DNA of 64,000 bases from Candidatus Aminicenantes bacterium (GTDB lineage: Bacteria; Acidobacteriota; Aminicenantia; Aminicenantales; JAFGAV01), in the NCBI GenBank assembly GCA_016933515.1, contig JAFGAV010000113.1, forward strand, positions 19,023-83,022, read 5' to 3'. The position numbers were made by a program, and so were the translations under genes. Below the pieces are notes generated by a model, which had not been told where the DNA came from, did not search any database, and worked only from the letters and a program-made list of their open reading frames with translations. Below are positions 40,956 to 50,839 of the stretch, piece after piece (the first letter of the stretch is position 1; each line of letters opens with the position of its first letter).

Positions 40956-42044
40956 ATGGAAGACATCCCGTCCCAGGGAAGCCTGAGCGATCATCCGCTG
41001 CCCCGGCTCCTCCACCTCTTGTGGCGGCAAAAAAAGACGGGCCGTCTCAGCGTCACCGGGCCGCGAGAGGAAGTCCGGTTGAGCCTGATGAGAGGGCTTC
41101 TCGCCCTGGATCGGGAAGCGCTGGACGAAAAACGCTTTCTGAAGCATCTCGGCGACCGGGGGCTGTTGACTCCCGCCCGGAAACGGCGCCTGCGAAGCCT
41201 GGCGAGCGGCAAAACCCGGCCTCTCCTCCAGCGTCTTGCCCAGAAGGGCGTTCTCGACTCCGCCCTCCTGTGGCGCGAACTCGAGGCCCATTTCCAAAAC
41301 CGTCTCGTCGGGATGTTCGAATGGCCCGACGGCCGGTTCGATTTCTCTTCGTCCTCAACCTTGGATCTTGATCTGCTGCTGGCCGGGATGCCCACTTCCG
41401 ACCTGATCCTGTCGGGCATCAGGCGCATGGCGCGACTGGAAGCCGTCGACAAATGGCTCGCGCGGGACCAGTTGCTCTGGCAGGCCTTTTCGCCGGCGCA
41501 TCCGGGCCCCGCGGTTCTCGAACCGCACGAACGTTACATCCTTCATCAGCTTTCCGAAGGACGGACCGTGGCGGACATTCTGTCCCTCAGCCATCTGTCG
41601 CGGCCCGAAACGTCCAAGGCCCTTTTTGCCCTGGCCTGCACGGGTCTGGCCGGCCCGTCCGTCTCCCGTCCTCATTCCAGGACGCCCTCTGATTTTTCCT
41701 TTTCCAATTACGAAAAAATTCTGAGCCATTTCAAAAACAAGGCCGGCATCATTTACCGCTACGTCTCCAAAGAAGTCGGCCCCGTGGCCATGAGCATCAT
41801 GCGCCAAGCCCTGGAAGAGGTCAATGCCTGGCTGGGGCCGGGATTGCCCAAAGTGACCCTCGATTCCGACGGCTGCCCGGACGTCAAGGCCCTGCTGCGC
41901 GGCCACGCCGGACTGTTCCGCGAAGATGACTCCAAAAACCTTTTCCGCATCCTGGACGAAATCCTGGCTGCGGAAGTCCTCATGGTCAAACGAACCCTGG
42001 GCGGCGAACACGAGTCCGCCTTGGTGAGAGCCCTGGAACGATGA
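40956..42044 (+). CDS. DUF4388 (PatA-N-like) domain protein
   Basis: QGSLSDHPLPRLLHLLW..KKTGRL, MFEWPDGRFDF, LILSGIRR. Confidence 0.75.
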   Translation: MEDIPSQGSLSDHPLPRLLHLLWRQKKTGRLSVTGPREEVRLSLMRGLLALDREALDEKRFLKHLGDRGLLTPARKRRLRSLASGKTRPLLQRLAQKGVLDSALLWRELEAHFQNRLVGMFEWPDGRFDFSSSSTLDLDLLLAGMPTSDLILSGIRRMARLEAVDKWLARDQLLWQAFSPAHPGPAVLEPHERYILHQLSEGRTVADILSLSHLSRPETSKALFALACTGLAGPSVSRPHSRTPSDFSFSNYEKILSHFKNKAGIIYRYVSKEVGPVAMSIMRQALEEVNAWLGPGLPKVTLDSDGCPDVKALLRGHAGLFREDDSKNLFRILDEILAAEVLMVKRTLGGEHESALVRALER

Positions 42045-42136
42045 ACGGACCTCCGATCTCCCGCCGCCAGCTTCTGGGACTGCTTGCGTTCCTGTCTCTT
42101 TTGGCCGCCGGGGTCCTGGTGACGCTTGGACGCTAG
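42041..42136 (+). CDS. Putative 31-aa single-TM small protein
   Basis: MNGPPISRRQLLGLLAFLSLLAAGVLVTLGR*; ATGA overlap with upstream stop; overlaps the miaA start. Confidence 0.5.
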   Translation: MNGPPISRRQLLGLLAFLSLLAAGVLVTLGR

Positions 42137-43049
42137 CGCCAAATTCGCCCTCATCATTCTCGGCCCGACGGCCGTAGGGAAAAGCGGTCTCGCTCTCTTT
42201 CTGGCCCGCCGGTTCGGGGGGGAGATCGTCAACGCCGATTCCATGCAAGTCTACAGGGGATTCGACATCGGCACGGACAAACCGGAGGCTTCGGACAGGG
42301 CGGATGTCCCCCACCACCTTCTGGATATGCTCGATCCCGAAATCCAGTTTACGGCCGCGGATTTCGCCCGCCTGGCCTCCGCCGCCGTGAGGGACATCGA
42401 CTCCCGGGGGCGGCTTCCCATCGTCGTCGGAGGAACAGGGCTTTACCTCAAGGCTTTGACGGACGGCCTTTTCCCGGGTCCGGGGAGCGATCGTCTTGTT
42501 CGGCGCAGGCTCGAAGAAGAGGCGCACGTCCGGGGAGTGGAAAGCCTTCACCGCCGCCTGGCGGACGTCGATCCCGAATCCGCCCTCCGGATCTCGCCCC
42601 GGGACAAAATCCGCATCCTCCGCGCCCTGGAAGTCTTCTCCCTGACCGGAATCCCCCTGTCGCTGCATTTCAGGAAGACCGAGCCGCCTCTGAAGGATTT
42701 TCAGCTGGTTCGAATTGGTTTACAATTGGAACGGCGGGAGCTTGTGAGGAGGATCGAACTCCGCGTGGACAGAATGTTCGAACGAGGCATCGTCCAGGAA
42801 GCGAAGGCCTTGCTGCAGCAAGGTTTCAAACGGGAGGCCCCTCCGTTTCGGGCTCTCGGCTACCGGCACGTGCTTGTGGCTCTCGAAGGTTCGATCACCG
42901 CCGCGGAGGCCGCGGCCTTGACCAAGCGGGACACACGCCGGTATGCCAAGCGCCAAATGACCTGGTTTCGGAAAATGAAGGACATCGTTTGGTTCCAAGC
43001 CGACGACCGTCAGGCCGCGGCCGAGTACGTAAAGGCACGTTTGAACTGA
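42126..43049 (+). CDS. miaA: tRNA dimethylallyltransferase
   Basis: GPTAVGKS, ADSMQVYRG.DIGT.K, VGGTGLY, TRRYAKRQMTWF. Confidence 0.97.
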   Translation: MDASAKFALIILGPTAVGKSGLALFLARRFGGEIVNADSMQVYRGFDIGTDKPEASDRADVPHHLLDMLDPEIQFTAADFARLASAAVRDIDSRGRLPIVVGGTGLYLKALTDGLFPGPGSDRLVRRRLEEEAHVRGVESLHRRLADVDPESALRISPRDKIRILRALEVFSLTGIPLSLHFRKTEPPLKDFQLVRIGLQLERRELVRRIELRVDRMFERGIVQEAKALLQQGFKREAPPFRALGYRHVLVALEGSITAAEAAALTKRDTRRYAKRQMTWFRKMKDIVWFQADDRQAAAEYVKARLN

Positions 43050-44314
43050 TGGACCGCGCCATTCTGATCCACGTGTCCCTTTCGGCGCGGGAAAAGGCCG
43101 AAGCCGATTCTTCTCTCGACGAACTGGCCGGCTTGACCCGGGCCGTAGGTGCGGCAGTCGTCCACCGGTTGAGGCAAAACCGGATCCGGCCCAGCCCGCG
43201 GACCTTCATCGGCGAAGGGAAAGTCCGGGAGTTGGCTCTCCTGGCCGAGGAACTCCGGGCCGACCTCATCGTCTTCGACCGCAACCTGACTCCCGTACAG
43301 CAGCGCAGCCTGGAGGATTCCCTGCCCGCCCGGGTCGTCGACCGAACTCAACTCATTCTGGACATCTTCGCCCGTAGGGCGGCTTCCCGCGAGGGAAAGC
43401 TCCAAGTCGAGTTGGCTCGTCTGATGTACCGGCTTCCCCGGTTGACGGGCAAGGGCAAGACGTTCTCCCAGCCGGGCGCCGGGATCCGGACCCGGGGCCC
43501 CGGAGAGCAGAAGCTCGAGGAGGACCGGCGCCGCATCCAGAGCCGCATCACCGGAATCAAGCGGCAAATCCGGAGCCTCGGCCTGCGGCGGGCCGGACAG
43601 CGATCGAGCCGCCGGAAATCCCCCATGCCCGTCGTGTCCCTGGTGGGTTACACCAGCGCCGGCAAATCCACGCTGTTCAACGCCCTCTCCCGGGAACGCG
43701 CCTTCACCTCGCCCATGCTTTTCGCCACGCTCGATCCCGTCCTCAGGCGCGTTTCTTTCCCGGACGGCCTCTATTTTCTGCTGAGCGATACGGTCGGCTT
43801 CCTCCGCAACCTCCCCGTAGAGCTCGTCACCGCTTTCCGCGCCACGTTGGAGGAAATCCGCGAGTCGGACTGCATTTGCCACGTCATCGACCTCGCCTCT
43901 CCCCGGAGCGGAGAGCAGGCCGAGGCTGTGGAGAACGTTTTGGCCGACATCGGCGCCGGCGACATCCCTCTCGTGCGTGTCTTCAACAAGATCGACCTCC
44001 TTCCCGGACGCGAGGGGCTCCTGTCCCCCGGAGAGAGGCCGGGCGCCGCCGGCCGGGCCTATGTTTCGGCCAAGACGGGCGAAGGCATCCCCGACTTGAA
44101 ACGCCTCTTGCGGGGAATCCTTTTCCAGGACCGGCGCCTGTTCCGCTTCAGGCTGCCGGGCGACCGCCGCGCCCTGCTTCCCGAAATCGCCGAACGGGGA
44201 GTCATCCTCAAGACGGCGGAAAGCCCGGACCATGTCGATCTGACCCTCATGGCCCGGCCGGAGTCGGTCAGGGACCTTCTTCCCGAGTTTGCCGAAGGAG
44301 AACCGCTATGTTGA
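43049..44314 (+). CDS. hflX: GTPase HflX
   Basis: LILDIFARRA..EGKLQVELA, RGPGE, GYTSAGKST, FATLD, DTVGF, NKID. Confidence 0.96.
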   Translation: MDRAILIHVSLSAREKAEADSSLDELAGLTRAVGAAVVHRLRQNRIRPSPRTFIGEGKVRELALLAEELRADLIVFDRNLTPVQQRSLEDSLPARVVDRTQLILDIFARRAASREGKLQVELARLMYRLPRLTGKGKTFSQPGAGIRTRGPGEQKLEEDRRRIQSRITGIKRQIRSLGLRRAGQRSSRRKSPMPVVSLVGYTSAGKSTLFNALSRERAFTSPMLFATLDPVLRRVSFPDGLYFLLSDTVGFLRNLPVELVTAFRATLEEIRESDCICHVIDLASPRSGEQAEAVENVLADIGAGDIPLVRVFNKIDLLPGREGLLSPGERPGAAGRAYVSAKTGEGIPDLKRLLRGILFQDRRLFRFRLPGDRRALLPEIAERGVILKTAESPDHVDLTLMARPESVRDLLPEFAEGEPLC

Positions 44315-45633
44315 AAAAAACCGCCGCCCTGTTTCTGGCCCTCGCTCTCAGCGGGGCCTGCGCCACCTGGCAAGCCCCTCTCCCCACATTCCACGTCGAC
44401 AATCTCCCTCCCGGATCGGTCACCGCCCTGACGCTCGAAGAGCGCATCATTCTCGAGGAAGCCTGGTCGCGGATCCGACGTGGAGACGCCAAGGGCGCCG
44501 AGAAGCTCTTTTTCCGCCTCGGGGCCGACAACTCCTTTTACGAAGCGGGCCTGGGATACGTGGCCCTTCTCCGGGAACAGGATCAGGCGGCCGAAACGCT
44601 TTTGCTCGAATCCCTGAACGTATACCCGGAGATGACCGTCAGCCGCATCGGCCTGGCCCAGCTCTACCAAAAAACGGGCCGCATCGACGCCGCCTTCAAC
44701 GAATATTTGGAGGTCTTGAAGATCGACCCTGAGAACGCCTGGGCCCTCAGGGAAAGCGAGGCCATCCGCGAGCGCCAGACGGAAATTCTCCTGCGCGAAG
44801 GCGTGGCGCACTTCGAACAGGGCTCGATCGAGGAAAGCAAGGAAGCCTTCAACAAGGCCCTTCACTACTCCCCGAAATCCCTGGAAGCGCATCTCAATCT
44901 CGGCCGGCTTTACATGAAAGAGAACCAGCCCAACAACGCTCTCGTGCATCTGGACGCCGCGGCGGCCGCGGCCCCGAAAAACCAGGAGATCCTGAGGGAA
45001 TACGCCGAGGCGCTTCTCCAAGCCGGACAATTCGGCCGAAGCCTGGAAGTGTTCGAGAAACTGCTGGACCTCGATCCCAAGAACAAGGACATTCTCGCGC
45101 AGGCGGAAAAGCTGAAGAACCGGCTGGGCATTTTCGAGCTGCCGAGCCAGTATGACCTGATTCCCGCCGCGGCCGCCGTCACGCGGGAGGACATGGCCGC
45201 CTTGATCGCGGTCAAGCTCAAGGATTTTCTGGAGGATCCCGGAACCCGCCCTCCGGTCATCATCGACATCGCCACGTCTTGGGCGTCCCGGCTCATCCTC
45301 AAGGTCGCTTCCTTGGGATTGATGGAGGTCTATCCCAACCACACGTTCGAACCCAAGCGGATCCTGTCGCGCGCCGAGACGGCCGAAATGGTCATGAACC
45401 TCGTGAATCACCTCAAGCGCCGCGGCGGGCGGCCGTTCATCCGCCAGTTTCCTCCGGAAATGATCCGGATTTCCGACGTTTCGACCGAAAACATTCATTA
45501 TCAATCCATCGTCGAAGTCGTCTCCCTGCAGCTCATGGATCTCGACCCGGAAAAATCGTTCCGCCCCGACCAGCCCGTTTCGGGCCGTGACGCCGTCCGC
45601 ATCCTCGACCTGATCCTCGCTCTCTTGAACTAG
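44308..45633 (+). CDS. TPR lipoprotein with C-terminal SLH-like repeats
   Basis: Lipobox SGAC; TPR repeats; FEPKRILSRAE and FRPDQPVSGRDA. Confidence 0.75.
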   Translation: MLKKTAALFLALALSGACATWQAPLPTFHVDNLPPGSVTALTLEERIILEEAWSRIRRGDAKGAEKLFFRLGADNSFYEAGLGYVALLREQDQAAETLLLESLNVYPEMTVSRIGLAQLYQKTGRIDAAFNEYLEVLKIDPENAWALRESEAIRERQTEILLREGVAHFEQGSIEESKEAFNKALHYSPKSLEAHLNLGRLYMKENQPNNALVHLDAAAAAAPKNQEILREYAEALLQAGQFGRSLEVFEKLLDLDPKNKDILAQAEKLKNRLGIFELPSQYDLIPAAAAVTREDMAALIAVKLKDFLEDPGTRPPVIIDIATSWASRLILKVASLGLMEVYPNHTFEPKRILSRAETAEMVMNLVNHLKRRGGRPFIRQFPPEMIRISDVSTENIHYQSIVEVVSLQLMDLDPEKSFRPDQPVSGRDAVRILDLILALLN

Positions 45634-45644
45634 CCGGATCGGAT

Positions 45645-46271
45645 ATGAGCGATCCCGCTTCCCCGCCCCGAGCCGGCTTGTGGACCGCGCCCAATCTCTT
45701 GAGCCTCGCCCGCATCCTTCTCGTCCCCGTCTTTCTGTGGGTCCTGACGTCCGGGAGGCCGCAGGCGGCGTTTTTCGTCTTTTCCGCCGCGGCCGCCACG
45801 GATTTTCTCGACGGATTGGCCGCCCGCCTTCTCAGGCAGAAATCGCGTTTGGGGCTTTTCCTCGATCCCGCGGCCGACAAGCTGCTGATGACCGCCGCCT
45901 TCATCGCCTGCGCCTGGCCGGGCGTCTGCCGGCCCAACGCCCTCCCCCCGGCGTTGACAGTGGTCGTCGTTTCCCGGGACCTGGCCATCGTCCTCGGCGC
46001 CTGGATTCTTTACCGGGCGGCGGCCGTCAAAAGCTTCGCGCCCTCCCTGTGGGGAAAAATCAGCACGATCTGCCAAATGGCCTGTCTTTTTTCGGTCCTG
46101 CTGTTCAACGCCCTGAATGTGAAGCCGGCCGGCTTTCTGGCGGCCGCATACGTCCTGACTCTGGCAACCACGCTCCTGTCGGCGGGACACTACTTCTGGG
46201 AGGGATTCGTCAAAGTGCTGGCCCGTCGGCCGACGTCCCGGGGAGGGGCTACTTCACGCTCCGGTCGATGA
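45645..46271 (+). CDS. CDP-alcohol phosphatidyltransferase (PgsA-like)
   Basis: PNLLSLARI, TDFLDG.AAR...S.LG.FLDP.ADK. Confidence 0.93.
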   Translation: MSDPASPPRAGLWTAPNLLSLARILLVPVFLWVLTSGRPQAAFFVFSAAAATDFLDGLAARLLRQKSRLGLFLDPAADKLLMTAAFIACAWPGVCRPNALPPALTVVVVSRDLAIVLGAWILYRAAAVKSFAPSLWGKISTICQMACLFSVLLFNALNVKPAGFLAAAYVLTLATTLLSAGHYFWEGFVKVLARRPTSRGGATSRSGR

Positions 46272-47703
46272 ATCCCTTGCGGAGCGTCATCCACGCGATC
46301 TTCAAATCCAGCGCCAGGGACCAATTCTGCATGTAATAGAAATCGAACTCCAGCCGCTTCTCGATCGAGGTGTCCTGGCGCAAGCCGTGGACCTGAGCCC
46401 AGCCGGTGATGCCGGACTTCACCTTGTGGCGGAGCATGTACTTGGGGATCTTTTCGCGGAAATCCCTGACGAAAAAGGGGCGCTCCGGCCGGGGCCCGAT
46501 AAGGCTCATCTGGCCGCGCAGGACATTGACCAGCTGCGGAAATTCGTCGATGCTGTACCTGCGCAGAAAGCGTCCGACGCGCGTCATCCGCTTGTCCCCG
46601 GGCTGGCACATGACCGGGCCGCTGTTTTTCTCCGCGTCGCTGACCATGGTTCGAAACTTGATGAGATCGAAGGCTCTGCCGTCCAGTCCGACGCGCTCCT
46701 GCTTGTAAAACACGGACCCCCGGGACGTCAGCTTGACAAGAAGGCTCACCACGAGAAACAGGGGCGAGAGCAGGAGGAGCAGCACCCCGGAGACGACCAG
46801 GTCGATCGCTCGCTTGACCGCCAGTTTTCCTCCCCGCAGGGACACCTCATCGATGGAAATGACCGGGATGCCGTCCAGATCCTGGATGTTGGACTTCAGC
46901 GTCAGGAGCTGGAAGAGATCCGGAATGAGGCGCACGCGGACGGTGTGTTTGTGAACGACCTTGAGCGTCTCCAGAATCTGTGCATAATTGCCTAAGTCCA
47001 GGGCGACATACACCTCTTGAATGTCCCCCGCCTCGAGGACCGCCGCCAGGGATTCGAGGGGACCGAGGACCCGGACGCCGACGCCGTCGATATCGACGGT
47101 CTCTCCCGCGGGCACCTCGTCGTCGAGGAAGCCCTTCAGGACATAGCCCAGGTCTTTATATTGAATGATTTTTTGGGCGACGGTGCGTCCCATCTCGCCC
47201 GCGCCGACGATGATCACGTTCTGGAGATTCAGCCCCCGGGCGTAGCGACGCTTTAAAAGGAAATAAATCTGGTTGCGCAGGAAGGAAATGAGCAGAATGA
47301 CCGACGCGAAGTACACCGCCAGAAAACCGTGGGAGAGCTTGAAACTGATTCGGAACAGAGGGGAGGTTCCGGTGCTGTAGGCGTAGAGGTAGTTCAGGAC
47401 GGCCTGGACGAGGAGGATTGTGATCCCGGCGTTGAGGGAGATGAGAATGAAATCGTCGAATTTGGTCCGCTTCAGGCGCGAACGATAAAATCCCTGAAGG
47501 TAAAAGATGAAAAGGTGCAATCCCAGAAACAGGGGAAAGACCAGGATGTAATCGGACAGGGGCGGAATCCCCTTGGCCGGATCCACGGGGATGATGTAGG
47601 CGTAAAAGCGGAAGGCGTAAGAATAAAAATAGGCGGCCAACACCCCCAGGACGTCGCCCACGAGAAACAGGCCGATCAGCCGGATGCGCTTTTGGGTGAT
47701 CAC
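46249..47703 (-). CDS. Undecaprenyl-phosphate glucose phosphotransferase (WcaJ-like)
   Basis: [40 protein letters not shown]. Confidence 0.93.
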   Translation of the reverse strand: MITQKRIRLIGLFLVGDVLGVLAAYFYSYAFRFYAYIIPVDPAKGIPPLSDYILVFPLFLGLHLFIFYLQGFYRSRLKRTKFDDFILISLNAGITILLVQAVLNYLYAYSTGTSPLFRISFKLSHGFLAVYFASVILLISFLRNQIYFLLKRRYARGLNLQNVIIVGAGEMGRTVAQKIIQYKDLGYVLKGFLDDEVPAGETVDIDGVGVRVLGPLESLAAVLEAGDIQEVYVALDLGNYAQILETLKVVHKHTVRVRLIPDLFQLLTLKSNIQDLDGIPVISIDEVSLRGGKLAVKRAIDLVVSGVLLLLLSPLFLVVSLLVKLTSRGSVFYKQERVGLDGRAFDLIKFRTMVSDAEKNSGPVMCQPGDKRMTRVGRFLRRYSIDEFPQLVNVLRGQMSLIGPRPERPFFVRDFREKIPKYMLRHKVKSGITGWAQVHGLRQDTSIEKRLEFDFYYMQNWSLALDLKIAWMTLRKGFIDRSVK

Positions 47704-48818
47704 GAACGCCCCGCCTGCTCAACCCATGCCCGGCGGATGAGCCGGGACATGCGGTTCTTGAAGATCGTCCGGGAAAATTTCATGGCAAAGTTCCGCGCGG
47801 TGTTTTTATTAAAGGGGAGCCGTTCCAAATTGTCAAGGGCCCGCTCGAGACCGGAAACGGTCGGCGCATCGTACAGAATCCCCGTCATTCCCTGAAGAAC
47901 CGTTTCCGCCGCCCCGCCCCGCCCGTAGGCCACGACCGGAATCCCGCACGCCTGCGCTTCCAGGGTCGCGATGCCGAAATCTTCTTCCCAAGGCTGGAGA
48001 AGCGCCCGGGCGCTCCGGTAGGCGCGGAGCAGCTCTTCCGGAGACAGGTTCCCGAGAAAACGGATGTTGGGCCGGGCCGCCTTTTTCAGCCTCTTCAGGT
48101 CGGGACCCCGCCCGACGACGCGCAGCTCCCGCCCCGACCGGTTGAACACTTCGATCGCCAGGTCGATCCTCTTGTAGGGCACGAGGGCCGAGACGATGAG
48201 GAAGTGATCTTCGGTCTTCTCGGGGCCGGGACGGAAGAAATCGGCGTCCACCGGCGGCGGGACGACCTCCGCCCGGCGGCGGTAATACTTGGCGATGCGG
48301 CGGGCGACGTTCTTCGAATTGGCCACAAAGAGGTCCGTCCGGGCCGAAGAAGACTCATCCCAAAGACGAAGGAAGTGGACGACGGGCGGAACGGCCCACC
48401 GGGAAAGGGGCCCCATCCGGGACGGGGAAAAATAGGTGTGATACTCGTTCCAGGCGTAACGCATCGGGGAATGGACATAGCTCACGTGGAGGGCGTCCGG
48501 ACGGGGAATGATTCCTTTGGCCGCGCAGTGCGAGCTCGAGACGACGAGGTCGTAGTCCTGAAGGTCGAAGAGCTCGACGGCCAGGGGATAGAGCGGCAGG
48601 TAAGAACGGTATTTCGTCCGGGCAAGGGGCATCCTCTGGAGAAAACTGGTGTGGATTTTCCTCTTCTCGATGTCGGGAACCTGGCTGCCGCGGACGTGAA
48701 ACAGAGTGTAGACGGGCGCGCCGGGAAACATTTCGGCCAGGGCTTCGAGGACCTTCTCCCCTCCCCTTTGTCCCGTCAGCCAGTCGTGAACCAGGGCGAC
48801 TTTTTCGGGCGCTTTCAT
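47700..48818 (-). CDS. GT4 family glycosyltransferase
   Basis: VHDWLTGQRGGEKVL, YKRIDLAI, EDFGI..LEAQACG.PV. Confidence 0.93.
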   Translation of the reverse strand: MKAPEKVALVHDWLTGQRGGEKVLEALAEMFPGAPVYTLFHVRGSQVPDIEKRKIHTSFLQRMPLARTKYRSYLPLYPLAVELFDLQDYDLVVSSSHCAAKGIIPRPDALHVSYVHSPMRYAWNEYHTYFSPSRMGPLSRWAVPPVVHFLRLWDESSSARTDLFVANSKNVARRIAKYYRRRAEVVPPPVDADFFRPGPEKTEDHFLIVSALVPYKRIDLAIEVFNRSGRELRVVGRGPDLKRLKKAARPNIRFLGNLSPEELLRAYRSARALLQPWEEDFGIATLEAQACGIPVVAYGRGGAAETVLQGMTGILYDAPTVSGLERALDNLERLPFNKNTARNFAMKFSRTIFKNRMSRLIRRAWVEQAGRS

Positions 48819-50839
48819 CGCTGGAGATTATATGCCGTTTCGATCTCTTGATACAACGTCCCGGTCAGCTCCAACATCCGGTCGAGGTCGAAGTGCGCCG
48901 GGACGGATTTCCGCGCTGCGGCCGCCAAGCGGCGCCTCCGGGCGGGATCGTCCAGGAGCCCGTTGACGGCCCGTTCCAGCGCCGCGGAGTCGGCCGGAGG
49001 CACGAGGAGGCCGTTCTCGCCGTCCCGGATGACCTCGCGGGTGCCCTCGATGTCCGTGGCCACGATCGGACAGCCGGCCCGAGCCGCCTCGCCCAGCACA
49101 TAAGGCAATCCTTCCCAGAGCGAAGGAAGGGCGAAAACGTCAAACCGGCCCAGGATGCCGGTTGCGTCCGCCCGCTCGCCGAGAAAAATCACGGCGTCGC
49201 CGACTCCCAGGCGGCGGGCCTCCGCTTCGAGTTCCCGTCTTAAGGGTCCGCCACCGGCGATGACGACCCGGGTGCGGGGATGGGCCTTGACGATCCCGGG
49301 GACGGCTCGCAAAAGATGGATCAGGCCTTTTTGCCTGTGGAGTCTGGCCACCGTGCCGACGACGAAGTCCGTCCGTCCCAGACCGAGCTCCTTCGCGAGG
49401 CGGCCGGGCGTCCCGGCGGGGGGGGCGGATTGAAAATCGATGCCGTTTTTTATCAGCCGGAGCGTTCCGGCCGGCGCCAGCCTCAGAGCCGCAGCCTTAT
49501 CGAGGTCGGCCTGCGAGACGCAGACGACGGCGTCCGTCGAACGCGACATCCACCGCTCCAGAATCATGAAAAGCCGTCTCAGGAAGACGTTGCCGTAATG
49601 AAGGTAATGGATTCCGTGCAGAGTGTGAACGACTCCGGCCCCCGTCCCGCGGGCGGCCATCCGCCCGTAAAAGCCGGCCACGCCGCCGTGAGTGTGGACG
49701 ATGTCGAACGGGCGTTCCCGGATGAGCCGGCGCATGGCGCGGACGGGCCTCAGGCTCAACCTCTTCTCCAGGGGGAGCGCCACGTGCTCGATCCCCCGCC
49801 GCTCCAGCTCCCGGACGAGGGGCCCGCCGGCCGCGGAACAGACGGAGACTTGGAATTTTCTCTTGTCCAATCCCGCGGCCAAGAGGAGAACGGTCCGTTG
49901 GCCTCCGCCCAGAAACGGTTTGTCGATGACCTCCAGGACGCGGATGATGTTCCTCCGGCCCTCGGATTCCCCGGTCCGGAGCAGGCGGAGAAGCGCCCGG
50001 CCGAACGTCTTGGCCCGTGAATCCCTCCGCCGGAAGATCGCAGCCGCCCGGGCCTCAAATCCCAGGTAGGCCCGAAGCAGCCTCTGCGACAGCCGCGAGG
50101 CGTGCCGGCCGTAGAATCGGAGCTGGCTTCTCCGGTATTCGAGGCGGCTCCGGAGCGGAACGGCGGAGGCCGAGGCGCCGCCGGAGTGAAAAACGCGGGC
50201 CGGGGGGAAGAACAGCACCTTGTAATTCGCCTGCCGGATCCGATAGCAGAGATCGATGTCCTCGAAGTACAGAAAAAACCCTTCATCGAATCCGCCGCTC
50301 TTCTCCAGCGCCTCGCGCCGCACGATCAGACAGGCCCCGCTTGCCCAAGCGACCGAGCGCGGACGGCGCGTCGATTTCAGCCGGACCTTCCACACGGCGT
50401 TCAAGACGGTTTTCTGAACGAGCTCCTTGAAAAAATGAACCCGCCCGCCGAAAGACACCTGAAAGGATCTCGGTCCGGCGAGCAGCGCCGGTCCCGCCGC
50501 TCCGATGTCCGGACGAGCCTCCATCGCCCGCACGAGAACATCGAGGGCGCCCGGGAGCACCCGCGTGTCGGGATTGAGAAACAGAACGTGTCGTCCCCGG
50601 CTTTTTTGGATTCCCAGGTTGTTGGCCGCGGCGAAACCCGTGTTCCTCGTGTTGCGGACGAGCCGGACATTCGGAAAACTCCCGGCCACCATGTCCGCGC
50701 TTCCGTCGTCCGAGGCGTTGTCCACGACGAGGATGTCCCATTCCCGGCCGGCTCTCTCCCTTTCCAGGGAGGACAGGCAATCGGACAGGCAGTCTCGGGA
50801 GTTGTGGCTGACGACGATCACCGACAGTTCAACGGCCAC
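48815..50839 (-). CDS. GT2-GT4 fusion glycosyltransferase
   Basis: N-half VVDNASDDGS, FLNPD, FLYFEDIDLC; C-half GGGQR, QKG, PSLWEGLP..EA. Start moved to GTG 50839. Confidence 0.88.
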   Translation of the reverse strand: MAVELSVIVVSHNSRDCLSDCLSSLERERAGREWDILVVDNASDDGSADMVAGSFPNVRLVRNTRNTGFAAANNLGIQKSRGRHVLFLNPDTRVLPGALDVLVRAMEARPDIGAAGPALLAGPRSFQVSFGGRVHFFKELVQKTVLNAVWKVRLKSTRRPRSVAWASGACLIVRREALEKSGGFDEGFFLYFEDIDLCYRIRQANYKVLFFPPARVFHSGGASASAVPLRSRLEYRRSQLRFYGRHASRLSQRLLRAYLGFEARAAAIFRRRDSRAKTFGRALLRLLRTGESEGRRNIIRVLEVIDKPFLGGGQRTVLLLAAGLDKRKFQVSVCSAAGGPLVRELERRGIEHVALPLEKRLSLRPVRAMRRLIRERPFDIVHTHGGVAGFYGRMAARGTGAGVVHTLHGIHYLHYGNVFLRRLFMILERWMSRSTDAVVCVSQADLDKAAALRLAPAGTLRLIKNGIDFQSAPPAGTPGRLAKELGLGRTDFVVGTVARLHRQKGLIHLLRAVPGIVKAHPRTRVVIAGGGPLRRELEAEARRLGVGDAVIFLGERADATGILGRFDVFALPSLWEGLPYVLGEAARAGCPIVATDIEGTREVIRDGENGLLVPPADSAALERAVNGLLDDPARRRRLAAAARKSVPAHFDLDRMLELTGTLYQEIETAYNLQR
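48827..48856 (-). promoter_or_regulatory. Internal sigma70 promoter within the 3' end of the GT2-GT4 gene
   Basis: TTGTAT-18-TATAAT; 8 nt to ATG 48818. Confidence 0.6.
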
